DNA of 64,000 nt, from positions 9,238,001-9,302,000 of the forward strand of contig OZ231126.1 of the NCBI GenBank assembly GCA_965153355.1, read 5' to 3'. Source of the stretch: Flaccisagitta enflata. Taxonomy: Eukaryota. The notes beneath the pieces were generated by a model. That model was not told the origin of the DNA, made no database searches, and worked only from the letters and a program-made list of their open reading frames with translations. The number at the start of each line of letters is the position of its first letter. Within the stretch, counting starts at the first letter, position 1. Of this stretch, positions 25,617-50,154 are shown in pieces. The translations under genes and the position numbers were made by a program.

Positions 25617-26266
25617 TGAACGAAGAAACAGATCGAGAGGATCGAAAAGAAAAAGAGGCATCGAGAAAAAAAGAAACACGAACCAACAGACACAACACTA
25701 TCATAGTCCCTATGGCTATGGAGGATGTAGGAGGGTGCCGCACTTTTTTGGAGGGTGAATGCAAAAATCAATCACACTTCTCCTGACAGGGAGGTTATGC
25801 CGATGTCTTGTTAGAGCTAGAAAATGGCGAAAGTGTTCCAGTTCACAGATCGCTTGTCATTGCCAGATCCAGCTATTTCCGCTCGTTGCTGGCAGAAACA
25901 GGGATCGTGTCAAAGAAAATACCTGGTACCCCAGCTCTGGTCAAAGAAGTGATCAGATTCTTCTATTGTGGTCTGCCGCCCGAAAATCTTGAGTCCCTCG
26001 CCATGGACTTGCTTCCGGTTGCTCGTCAATTTTATGCTTACGAACTACGCAACATGTGTGATTACGCTCTTCGTCGCACTTTGACGGTGGAAAACCTCGT
26101 GGACATCTTGGTCTTGAGTGAAGAAAACTGTTGTCCGGGGCTTTTCGCTTTTTGCCTGCCATTATACAGGGCGTCGGCCTCGGGTCTGAATGCCGAATGT
26201 CAGGAAAAGCTGAAAGCTAATCCCAGGTTGCTCTTGAAACTCGCTTTAGAGGGCTGCGCAGAATGA
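24239..26266 (+). CDS. SPOP/roadkill-like protein: degenerate MATH-like region plus two tandem BTB(-BACK) modules, 527 aa
   Basis: Exons 24239-25345 and 25790-26266 (GAG|gtaggg ... ctgacag|GGA, phase 0). BTB1 TDITVSVG..FRCHKVVLVARSSYFRALL..MEE; BTB2 ADVLLEL..VPVHRSLVIARSSYFRSLL; each followed by (V/L)TxxNx..L BACK-like helices. Confidence 0.9.
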
Positions 26267-26377
26267 AGACTGTAATGGTGCAGCGAAAAGTTCCGGCTGA
26301 ATTGTACAGACGTCCATTTGTTTTTAGAAATTGATCATCAGTCTTATCAGATGTAAAATGATATTTGATAATTGATA

Positions 26378-27005
26378 CAGTACCTTCCAAGCAAACCCGG
26401 CTAAAACTGGAGGATTAATTTTTGTTACTTTGATTTAATTTCCCAAATTTCATTTTTTGTATGTAACCTAATTAAAAGATACTTAATTCCTTGAACATAT
26501 TTGGCTGTCAAAAAAAATAACTCGTGAAATCAAAGTGCATGAAGACATCAATATGGATATCATGGAGTGTTCTAACCCAGACCATTGGATTCGGCAGAAA
26601 ATTTTTACCTATCCAAGACTACAAGAACAATTCAATCAAACAATTATTTCAGGTTTTACAGCTATTTTAAGTTTTTAAGGACAATTGTCTTAAAATGATT
26701 TAGGACAATTGTCCTTAAAAATTTTAAATGGCTATAAAACCTGAAATGATAGTCTGCTTGAGCTGTTCTTGTCGTTTAAGATTGGTAAAATTTTCCGCTG
26801 AATCTATTGATCTGGGTTAAAACACTTCATATTGATGTTTTCATGCACTTTGATTTCACGAGTTATTTTCTTTTACAGCCAAATATGTTCAAGGAATTAT
26901 GTAACTTTATATTAAGTTAGATACAAAAAATGAAGTTTGGAAAATAAAATTAAAGTAACAACAATTATTCCTCCAGTTTTAGCCGGATTTGCTCCGAAGG
27001 TACTG
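26378..27005. mobile_element. Foldback Tc1/mariner(pogo)-type MITE, copy 1
   Basis: TA|CAGTACCTTCCAAGCAAACCCGGCTAAAACTGGAGG ... CCTCCAGTTTTAGCCGGATTTGCTCCGAAGGTACTG|TA. Confidence 0.9.
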
Positions 27006-27204
27006 TACCATCAATCTGAACAAATGTAGTGTGTCCATGAAATTTCATTTGCTGAATCGTTTCGTGGCTTTTTTACCGGGTCATTGCAATAAAGCTGGGC
27101 ATAAAAACTTTTTTCTGTATGTATGTGACTGATTTTTTTTACTTTTTTTTCAGACTCAGTCAAAGCAAGTTTAAATACTGTTCAAATAAAAATTCACTTC
27201 CACG

Positions 27205-27384
27205 ATGACTTCCTTGAGCAACTGTCCTTACTACCCGAGGCATGTTTTCCCCGAGAAGAATCGGCCTCATCACGTGCCTCAATGTCGACTCAAATACAAG
27301 GCTGAGCAGATCGGCGAGCCTATGAAGTTTTGCTTCCCCGGTCAACAACAACAACAACACCACTTTTCCCATAATTTACGATGA
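27205..27384 (+). CDS. Small CHHC (U11-48K/GTSF1-type) zinc-finger ORF, 59 aa; gene or pseudogene
   Basis: MTSLSN-CPYYPRHVFPEKNRPHHVPQC-RLKYKAEQIGEPMKFCFPG...: exact C-x5-H-x9-H-x3-C with the CPY start. Just below the 60-aa ORF-track cutoff. Confidence 0.7.
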   Translation: MTSLSNCPYYPRHVFPEKNRPHHVPQCRLKYKAEQIGEPMKFCFPGQQQQQHHFSHNLR

Positions 27385-27536
27385 AAACCGAGAAAAGACA
27401 TTTTTGTGTGTCAGATTCAAGGGTTCAGCGAACACGGACATTAAAGACGTACCGCTGTGTCTTCGAAAGATCTCTTGTCGTCTCCAGAACTGTCTTAATA
27501 AATCCCAATAAGATATTTAACACATAACTCAGCAGA

Positions 27537-28108
27537 AGTGGGAAAAGTAAAAAGCTTACAATCCTAAACGCAACCAATCAGTGATTTCAAATCATTTTTC
27601 TCTTGTAGTATTATGTTTGACGTTTTTTGTATAAAAATTTTATTGGTCTAGCCTTAATAGTTTGTCCACAACATCAATTTTAAGTAAAACAAGTATGTAA
27701 AGTTTGAGCTGAAAAACCCTTATTTTAATCAGGATAGTTTTTCTTTTTACTGCTCTAATTTCTAAACGGTTTGAGCTAAAAATGCCAGATTGGTCTCAAA
27801 TGAAGTATAATTTGAAAATGCTTACATCTGAGACCATTCTGGCACCTGTTATCAAGCCGTGTGAGAATTAAAGGCAAAATATTGAAAAACAGTGTTGATA
27901 AAAATATGCGTTTTTAAGTCTCAACTGTAAACACTTGTTTTACTTCAAATTTATGTTGTGGACTAACTATTTGAGCTAGACCAATAAAATTTGAACACAA
28001 AAATCGTCATATATATTACTACAAGAGAAAAATGGTTTGAAATCACTGACTGGTTGCGTTTAGGATTGTAAGCTTTTTACTTTTCCCACTTTGAGATTGA
28101 ACACCCTG
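27537..28108. mobile_element. Foldback mariner-type MITE, left end eroded
   Basis: AAGTGGGAAAAGTAAAAAGCTTACAATCCTAAACGCAACC pairs with its inverse at 28052-28091; right end AACACCCTG|TA. Confidence 0.8.
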
Positions 28109-28475
28109 TATCTTGGCTTGAGTCTAATTTTCTTTCCGGAAATTCTCAGCTTAGCTCTGCGCGTTTGATGTGGAATATTAACAACAACAACAACAACAAC
28201 AACTTAAATTCCCCAAAAATATAAAGAAACTTACTAAAAGCGCTTAATTTCCTGTAGTATGAAACAAGAATGACTGGTAGTGGTAGCTTAAACTTCATTT
28301 TTCATCTTGTGATTTTTTTTGAGTCTTTTCATAGATATTTCTTGACCTTTCACGTTTCTATCGCTCTAAGGATACCGTCCACCCTGGATATTTCTGTGAC
28401 TTGAGGAAAGTGTTTCATCACAACCTTGTTTCATCCGAGGACTGCATCTTTGCCCCATCAAATTAAATTTCCAAG

Positions 28476-28667
28476 ATGGGAAGGGTTTACAAGGGGATTT
28501 GTGGAAGGAAAGTGAAGAAGCGAATGGAGAAGATGAGAATTGCAGCGAGAGCAGCGAAAGCAGCGAGGGCTAGTAGTGAGAGTAGCGGAGGACTAGGCAG
28601 TGCTGAGGCAGGAGAAGCCAATGCCGGAGACGATTTTTCCAGCGGGGGCGGCGTAAATGGAATAGAG
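28476..28667 (+). other. Duplicated ZF-C-type first coding exon (alternative first exon or pseudo-exon)
   Basis: MGRVYKGICGRKVKKRMEKM...NGIE|gtattc versus ZF-C MAKDNFKGTGGRKVKKRMKEL...NGLE|gtaatt; upstream ~130 bp and the intron start are also homologous. Confidence 0.7.
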
Positions 28668-28890
28668 GTATTCACATGATTTTGAACAAGATTCTCTTCT
28701 CTTATGCATTTTGCACCAGGTCGCTCCATCTGAGAAAATCTGCGCGACTCATAATTAATTCCCTTGACAAGACATGCAAATGAAAAACTAGTAGTGATGC
28801 GCGTATCAACAAGTCGCTGGGGGTTCACGAGGCCCTATTCCATTTATTTCCTGTTATGGAAAACAAACCCCCCCCCCACACACACACACA

Positions 28891-28938
<48 letters not shown>

Positions 28939-28945
28939 CTTTCTA

Positions 28946-29078
<133 letters not shown>

Positions 29079-29423
29079 CTCGCTCTGTCTGTCTTTTTGT
29101 CTCTGTCTGTCTGTCTGTCTGTCTATCTCTATCCCTTCATTTCTCTCTCTCTCTTTCTCTCACTCGCTCGCGCCAACGCGTGCGCACATGTGCACACACA
29201 CACACTTTTTTACACTTCTTCCGCTTGAAAACATTTTCAGTCGGGTATACTCGATATACTTCATTGGTTTGCGATTCCGTCAGTCGATTGTATGCAATGA
29301 TTTCTCAGCGTTCACATATCTTAAAATGCATCTCTCCATCACGCATCCAATTTTCCAGATGGGAGAAAGCCAATTTGAAGCATTTAAAATGGGAATTTCA
29401 TGTTCTTAGACTTAATCTTGATA

Positions 29424-30037
29424 CAGTAACTTCCGAGCAAACCCGGCTAAAACTGGAGGATTAATTTTTGTTAATTTAATTCCATTTCCCAAACTTCTTT
29501 TTTGTATCTAATTTAACTAAAAGATACTTAATTCCTTAAACATATTTGGCTGTCAAAAAAAATAACTTGTGATATCAAAATGCATGAAGACATCAATAGC
29601 AAGTGTTCTAACCTAGACCATTGGATTCAGCAAAAAATTTTACCTTTCTTAGATTAGAAGAACAGCTCAATCAGACAATTATTTCAGATTTTATGGCCAT
29701 TTAAAGTTTTTAAGGACAATTGTCCAAAATTATTTTGAGACAATTGTCTTTAAAAACAATAAATGCCTGTAAAATCTGAAATAATTGTCTGACTGAGCTG
29801 TTCTTGTAGTCTAGGATAGGTAAAATTCTCTGCTGAATCTAATGGTCTGGGTTAGAACACTACATAGTGAAGTCTTCATGCACTTTGATTTCACGAGTTA
29901 TTGTTTTTGACAGCTGAATATGTTCAAGAAATTAAGTATCTTTTAATTAAGTTAGATACAAAAAATATTTGGGAAAAAAAATTAAAGTCACAAGTATTAA
30001 TCCTCCAGTTTTAGCCTGGTTTGCTCGGAAGGTACTG
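29424..30037. mobile_element. Foldback Tc1/mariner(pogo)-type MITE, copy 2
   Basis: TA|CAGTAACTTCCGAGCAAACCCGG ... TTTGCTCGGAAGGTACTG|TA; same family as 26378-27005. Confidence 0.9.
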
Positions 30038-30193
30038 TATGAATTTTCTTTTACGTTTGTATCGCCCTAAGGATACCGTCCAGGCGTCCACCATGAATAT
30101 TTCTGTGTATTGAGGAAAGTGTTTGAAAGTGCGTCATAACAACCTTGTGTCATCCAATGATCGCATTTTTCCCTATAAACTTGGATTTTCAAG

Positions 30194-33100
30194 ATGGCAA
30201 AAGACAATTTCAAAGGGACTGGTGGAAGGAAAGTGAAGAAGCGTATGAAGGAGTTGACAATGAAAAGATTAGCCAAAGGCAGTGGCAGAGGAGTAGGCAG
30301 CAGCGCAGCAGATGCAGCCAGTGGCAAAGCAGGTGTAGCCAGTGGCGAAGCAGGTGCAGCCCATGACGGAGGTGCAGCCAGTGGCGGAGCAGGTGCAGCC
30401 AGTGGTGGAGCAGGTGCAGCCAATGGGGTTGGTGAAAATGGACTAGAGGTAATTACTATGTAGTGTCGTAGTGATTTTATAAAAGACTCTCTGTAACTTG
30501 TTTTTAAGCATTTTGCACCTGGCCGCTCCTACTGAGAAAATCTGAGCGAATTCAATTTCCTTTTACGCACTTCTCATGTAATGAATCATTATCAATTTTC
30601 TACAGGACTCCGAATTTGGCTCGAAGTTTGATTTTGTGAATCAACAAGATCATATCCATATTGGAAAAGAAAAGGCCAGGTAAAAATTTGTAATTTCAAG
30701 TGGCTAAATGATTTGTTAGTTTATCAGTCAATTTTTCTTAGCATATTTTTTAAAATTTTCACTGATTTAAGATGTGACTCATATGAGTACAGTGTTAGTT
30801 TACTTAACTTGATATTTTCATCAGGTGGGAGAGAGCCAAGTCGAGTTTGTCCTGCTCTTCGGACGAATCATTAGCAAAATTCCTCCTCGATCTTCATTTC
30901 AACAACCCACTGACGCAACGAGATGGTTCCGTGCAAGACGGCATAACCGACGAGAAAGAGCGTGGCAACAACGACAATGTTGGGTTTCAACTCCTTGGGC
31001 TTTACCCCGAAGAGGGTGGCGATTTCAAGCTTGTAGAGGGTGAAGATGGCGATGGTTGTGGTAATGAGTGCGATGTAAAACCTCCGCTGCCGAAACGGGT
31101 CATCACTGTGGAGATGGATGAAGAAGCTCCAGAGGATGTGAAAGTCGAAGTTAGTTCCACGGATGATTCCGTCACGATGGCGGTGCAAGCGTTGGAGCGC
31201 GAGAAGATGAGGGAAATAGCGGCCGCTTTTCAGACTGCTCTCAACGAAAGTGCTCCTCAACAATCGATAACAGTCTCAACCAACCAATCAACCATTCAAT
31301 CAACTGCCATTGTGGGCGATGAGATGTTGGAGCCAGGTTCAGATCATTTGAGCGTGATGTTTGGGGAGCCGCCAAAGAAACGAAAAAGAAGCAGTCAAAG
31401 TGGAATTGACGGAGAAACGGAAGTTGAAATTTCTTCAACGTGTCACGACGATGGGGATCTGCGATCAACTCTGATGGACTCTGATCAACCCTCTCCAACC
31501 GTGGGCAAAGGGAAGGAAACTACAACGCCAGTTTTACATGAACATTTGAGAGAGCTGACTGGGGAGTTTCCTGGGGAATTACCTGGGGAATGGCCTGAGG
31601 AGTTGCCAAAAGTAAAGCGAAAGAGAGGCCGCCCTCGCAAAACTGACGCTGAACGTGAACATGAAAAGGCGGAAAAAGCGCAAAAGGCGGCCGCCATCGC
31701 CGAAGATGATGGGTTTGAGGAGACGGTTCAGGATTACAGTGGCAGACTGAGAGTGAAGCCAAAGGAAGAGAAAATGGCCGAGGATGGGGAAGCAGATCAT
31801 GACAGCAACAAATCGGAGGTGGAAGAAAGTGAGGCTGAAAGTGCCGATTCAGATCTGGAATTCTGTTATAACAGTTGGAACAGACGCTACAACAAGTTAA
31901 AGGTATGTAGCGACAGATAATGTAGTCATGGAATTTGCAAGTTGGGTAAACGCATCGATGCAATTAAAAAAAAACAAACTGTATACTGATCATCAATACC
32001 AACCAGTTGAAATAAGTGTACAATGGATGCGGGTTTACTCTGTCACCATCTAGACATAGGTTGTGACATGCCCGAAAACGCAAGTGTCATTTGTCCCATT
32101 TGTATTTTGTTCTACAAGATTGAATGATTGATTTTTATGAGATTTTTTTAATCTCACTCGGAAACAAAAAGAAACTTTTACATTACCAATTCTTTCTATC
32201 ATTTTTGTAAGGCCCTTACAAGAAAGAGTCTTCTGAAGCATTTCGATGTTTTGTCCGAGGCTGAGGTGGTTTGTCATCACTGCAAATTGAATTTACCCTC
32301 AAGCAAAACCCCATATCTTTCCGGTCATTTGGCAAGCAGTCATGGTAAGCAATTTCTGTCTCAGTGCAGATGGTACAATTCTAAGCTATTATTCTCAAAA
32401 AAATAAAAACAAGGCCAAGTAGGCCAATAAGGTGTGGTCTGTTGATCATTGAATGGATGCGTTAACAGCCAACCAACTGACCGACTGACCAATGGACACA
32501 GCCAGTTATAGAGGTGCTTTGGCGCACTTAAAAAACAGAAACAAAACAAAAGACAATCTATGCTATTGATCAGGTTTTGAATGGCACCAATGAAGGGTCA
32601 AACACTATTCACTTCGCTTGTAAACTGACCTTTATTCGATTCTGCGTTGTACAGGCCTTGTTCGAAAGGGCGCCGTTTATAGACACTTGGTTTGCCATCA
32701 TCCGGGATGTGATTCGTCGATCAAATTTGGGTCATTACAACATTACCGAATTCACAATGAAAATTTCCACAGTGATGGTAAATTGTCTGAGCTGGATGAA
32801 ATTTGTTAGCAGGAACACCCAAACGGACTTTCTGTTCATTGCATTCTTGGTATTGCTGCCGCTGTGTGTCTGTCTCGTCCATCAATTTTTGCTTGTTTTT
32901 CCTAACAACAGACAAAATCGAAAAGATAGGGCATGACGAAGCTATTCACGGCAATGAAAAAGCGGAAAGCCGTGGACCTCAGAGGGATGAAGCCGCATTG
33001 TGTAGTATTTGCGGTGTATCCGAAAATAGCCGTAGCTCATTATTAATACACATGCGAACTCATCGTGAAAAAGTCATTTGCGCTCACCCAGGTACAAATA

Positions 33101-36100
33101 CCTCTCGAGTGAACACGTAAATATGAGTAAATATTTTGCTTTGTAGAATTTGTAGGCTTGTCTAAGAAGTTTGTATAAGAAGTTTTGTCCATCCGTCGGT
33201 TTGTTGGTCCGTCCATTGGTTTGTTGGTGTGAGGAGTCAAAAAACGAGCGTTATAGATGCTTTCTTGGTATGTGCGTTGGTGGGGATTGGAGGCCCCCGC
33301 CCATCTGTTCGCAATAATACTGTGACCCCGCGTCACTTTGGGCGTTACGAAATTAAAAGGTTCTAACTACAGTTGAGCTTCACTAGAGCGCATTTCAAAG
33401 GAGTGAGCAAAATTGTACCTTATATTGAAGCTGCCTTATAGCCAACATATAAAATACTACAAAATCTCTCATGGGATTTTAAGTTAAATGCCTTGTAGGC
33501 GGGCATGCTTTATTAGCGGGTGCGCACTAGCGGTGCTCCACTGTATTTAGTTCAGAGACTTGCACATTGCCACGAATTTTAAGGTTGTGGTAAATCGTTT
33601 TCGAAGAAACAATTTTCAAAGCACATGAAACGTCATTTGCCTGGGATTTGCCCTTTTCCCGATTGCAAAATGGAATTCAAGTCACAAAATTACATCAAAA
33701 CTCACGTCAGAACGTAAGAAAATTCTGGTTTACTACGTAATTGGTGATTTACGGGAAATCTTCCCAAAAAATTTGACGACTTTTAGTTGTTTTTCTTAAT
33801 CCTCAGCCAGAGCTAAGCTTTAATTCCAGCTGTTACATGTAGAACCTAACCAACCCTGACCCTAAAACTGATTCCAACCCCATCCCTAACCCTACCCCAA
33901 AGCTGAAATCAATGAACCGCTAAAAAAGACTTCTGTTGAGAGAAATGTAAAGCAAATTTATAAGCATTAGATTACGATGCAATCTCCGAGCTTATTTTCA
34001 CAACATAAGAAATCAGTATTAATACAGTGTGGAATGCAATTTTAGATATACGACGCACTGAAAATTACCATAGAATTTGCTACCCGAGCTAGATAAGTTA
34101 TGAAATTTGTAAAATAGAATTTAATGACAATCTTTGCTTTTATGTTTTCAATTAAACTGTCAACAGCCATATTTTGCATGAATTGACTTGCGTATGTCAG
34201 TTTTAAACCCTTATCCTTTTTTTTACAGCTGAAAAAATATGCGAAATACAATAGAAACCTACTTTTGTCAATCTACCATAGCTCATTGAAAATTTTAAAT
34301 TTGCATAGAAAATCATATACACAGAAACAATGATCAAAATTTCGAGATTTGGTTTCGCAACGGGCGTATCACATATTTGAGCATTTTGGTAGGAGCATAG
34401 CCGAATTTCTATAAGGCATAATCAATGTGAGGCAGAAGAAAAATGGAAGCTAATTCATCTGCCTCATCTCAGATGTGTCGAGAAACCACGGCGGCCCAAG
34501 CAACCATCCCCCGCTGCGAGGTTCAGCCCCCCCATTCCATGCACAAACCCCACACCCAGCCACCCCGCACTCAAACCCCCGATACTCAGCCAGAAACCCC
34601 GCCCTCGACTGCCTCTTAAAGGCCCCGAGGGAACCAACCCCCCTTTGTTCCTCCCCTAACGTAGCCCACTCCTTGGACTCTTTGAAGAATACCGTATTTC
34701 TTGTAATTAGCGCCCCGGGCGCTTTTGAAATTGAAATAGAATATAAATATTTTAATCTTGCAATTAGCGCCCCTTGTTCACTAATGACTAAATAATATCT
34801 TATGAAATTTACACTTTGTGACAATTTTTTTAGATAACAAATTGGTAAATCACAAAAAAAGAGAACATTTTATTGTATAGCATCTAATTTTTATATGGTT
34901 TCTACTAAAAAATCAAGTTTCCAACGAATTTTCTATGTTCTATTTAAAAAAATCACTTACATCATTAGTTCATTCTTTCATGAAAAAGAGGGGGGGGCGC
35001 TAATTAGAGGGGGGGCGATAAATGCAAGAAATACGGTACCAATTTACGTAACATTAAGGGTATGGTTTTTTAACAATGTTACCCTCGGGTGATTTGTTGA
35101 ATTTTGGTTAAACAAGGCCGGATACACGACTACCCCAGTCGCGTGCGGGTGGGCAGGGGCCGTATTTGAGGTCACTTTATCACTTGGGCAGGAGCAGTGA
35201 GGCCAAAGACCGCAAAAACCCAGAAAAAGAAAAGTGTGACGGATGGACAGATGGACGGACGGACGGATGGACGGACCGTTGGACGGACGGACCGACGGAC
35301 CGACTAAGCGGGGTGTAGAGTTCCGTAGCACGCGACTAAAAAGTAACAATTATTGCCCTAACTACTTTTGGTAAGCAGTTTGCTTTTGGATTAGATTGAG
35401 AAGGAATGTTTTTTAGATTCTGTTTTATGGAAAACTAGGAGTGGTGCGCGTATTAATTAGTCAGTGAGGGTTCATAAGGCCCTCTTCCATTTGTTTCAGT
35501 TTGGGTATAGTGAGGCATATTGTTCCACTTTTCATTCCTTCAAAAGGATGATTCAATTGATTTTTAGTTGCGGACACGCAACTCTATAAGAGGCTTTGTC
35601 CGTCCGTTCGTCGGTCGGTTGGTCGATGGGTTGGTCGGTCCGTGGTGATCGAGTTGAAAAGTGGGAAAACGCGCATTTCTGCTCCTGCCCACCCGTCCGC
35701 AACTGATGGCCGTGTATCCGGCCTTGTTCTCTTTTCTCAGAGTTCACAAACTGAATACGAAGAAGCTGTATCAATGCAGCCAGTGTTCAGAAGCATTCCG
35801 GGTTAGTATTGATAACAGTTGGTCAATTGTATTTTTCCTTAATTCCCGTCAGTCCATTTGTCGGGTAACTTTTTTTTCAGAGCCATGTTTTTCACCATTT
35901 CTGCAGGCGAATAGTCGGTTGATCCAGCATGAGAGAGAAGTTCATGCAGAATCTCGCGAATTCAATTGTCCTGAACCAGATTGTAACCAGTCTTTCAAGA
36001 GTAAAACAAATCTCACTCTGCACAAAAATACACACAAGACTATCAAACCATTCCAATGCATGTGGTGCGACTTCACTGGTAAGTTAAACTTTGAGTCAGG

Positions 36101-36684
36101 TCGCATTTATTCTTGTGCATGCATGCTTAGTTTGATAATGATACTTTATGGTCTGTTTGTTGTGCCTTCACGCAACTGTGACTATGCACACGCTGATTTT
36201 GTTTTGCATGAGCATTTACATCAATTGGGTAAAGACGCCACATTTTTAGTCGCGTGCACGCGACTATGACCTGCTCTGTCGGTCGGTTGATCGGTTGGTC
36301 GGTCTCACTTTTTTAACATTTTCGGCGTTTTTTTTTCATTATGGCGCCTGCCCAAATGCTTTAAAAGCCTTTTTTGTCACCGCCCCTGCCTACCCGCAGG
36401 CGACTTTGGCAGCCATGTATACGGCCTTGTTGTTTGATGTTTCAGGTGCTCAGTACAACAACATCCGATCGCACGCTTTAACCTCGCATAAACTGGAATT
36501 CCAACAAGCTCAAGAGAAGAGGGAGAAATATTGGCGCCATACACCTGGCGCAGATGATGAAGAATTGCCATCTACTGGCGTTGACAATCAAGAATTACCC
36601 TCTGCTGGCGTAGAAGATGAACAATTGCCATCTGCTGGCGCAGTCGATGAACAATTGCAACCTGTTGGCGTTGACGATCAATAA
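30194..36684 (+). CDS. ZF-C: C2H2 zinc-finger protein (8 fingers) with IGKEKARWERAK..LAKFLLDLH module, AT-hook (KRKRGRPRK) and C-terminal 10-aa repeats
   Basis: Exons 30194-30448, 30606-30679, 30825-31902, 32212-32344, 32655-32777, 32912-33091, 33584-33713, 35741-35801, 35907-36078, 36446-36684; GT-AG and phase-consistent. Confidence 0.88.
33370..33543. mobile_element. Small Tigger/pogo-like MITE
   Basis: TA|CAGTTGAGCTTCACTAGAGCGCA ... TGCGCACTAGCGGTGCTCCACTG|TA. Confidence 0.7.
34692..35036. mobile_element. Tc1/mariner (Tc2/pogo-like) MITE
   Basis: TA|CCGTATTTCTTGTAATTAGCGCCCC ... GGGGCGATAAATGCAAGAAATACGG|TA. Confidence 0.85.
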
Positions 36685-36923
36685 TTGCCGTCTGCTGGCG
36701 TAGACAATGGTCAATGAATAATTGCTATCTGCTGGCGTAGACAATGAGACTAATTGACTTCTCCTTGCCATTATTTTCACAATTGATTCGCGATTTGATT
36801 CGGGGGTCATTTTTCAGTATCACGTCCCTGCCGATTTCCATTTGCCTTCATCAACTCATTCACTGTTTAGATTGATTCAAGGAACCTCGATTCTCAAAGA
36901 TGACTTTGTGTAGGGTATTACGG

Positions 36924-37438
36924 TCGGGTGTGTCAATATGCAAAAGGTTTTTTGATGAGATCATCAACATCAAACAGCCTAAGATATTAAATTCTAAGAT
37001 TTTTAGCGTTTTTATTTTATCAAATTTCATTCATTTTTCATTTTTTTCAAAATGCCTTTTCAGACGCTAATTTGTATATTGCTGTATTGATGATTTTCTA
37101 TCAGTATCATTGTTACTGAACTTAATCAGATTAAACACATGAATATCTTAGTGCTAATTCAAGTTGCAACAAAGTAATGGTTGTCTATTTATCACCAAAG
37201 TTGTATAAAGAGACAATAACCAATCTTTTCTGTAGAAGTTATGAGTCTTATTTTCACCAAAACTCAGTGCAGATGCTGAAAGTATATATATTTTTGACAA
37301 TCTTTTCTTGCGCTAAAAAAACGGAAGATGATGGAAATTTGAAAAAATAAAAACGCTTAAAGTTTTAGAATTCTTTTGTTTACACTCCCTGATGTCGATG
37401 ATCTAATCAAACATACTTTTGCATATTGACACACCCGA
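36924..37438. mobile_element. TIR MITE with 9-bp TSD (Mutator-like)
   Basis: TCGGGTGTGTCAATATGCAAAAG ... CTTTTGCATATTGACACACCCGA; flanks GTATTACGG / GTTTTACGG (8 of 9 identical). Confidence 0.8.
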
Positions 37439-37606
37439 GTTTTACGGGCTGAGAATCGATATCAATGACTCAAGTCAAAGAAGCGTAATGGTGATCGGTG
37501 CTGGAAGCGGAACTAGAGGCGTTCGAACTCACGAGCAATGACATGAGAGTTACTGGAATGCTTAAATGTGACCAAAGGACGAGATTCCTAACCATTGCAT
37601 TTGACG

Positions 37607-49762
<12,156 letters not shown>

Positions 49763-50154
49763 ATCTCTTCATCGTCATCGTAGCAAATCTCTTCAACATT
49801 ACCGTAGCAAATTTCTCAAACGTTACTGTAGCAAAATTCCTCATCGTTGTCTCGGCAAATTTTTCGCCTTCTTTGGTCACCGGATTGCCTGGGTCACCGC
49901 CGTTTGCTGATTTCCGCCGACAATAACCACATTGATATTGAAGATGGCCAATACTACAGCATTCAGAACTGTCTTTTTGATACTATGTCCCAGTACCGCA
50001 TACTTTACCATAGCCGTAGCATCAGTCAATGAATTAGGGACAATCGACTTTCATTTGTCTAAACGTTCGTCGATCATTCGATGTTTTACCAATAGTGCCT
50101 TCTCGATCGCCAAAAATCAAATTACTTTCCTTTCACTCAGTGTCTTCGATTGTA

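Noticed and set aside
27160-27372. 70-aa minus-strand ORF
   Set aside because: No recognisable motif; it is the antisense shadow of the + strand CHHC ORF.
33843-33900. CCCTAA-like telomeric motifs
   Set aside because: Only a few degenerate units inside an intron, probably part of a repeat remnant.
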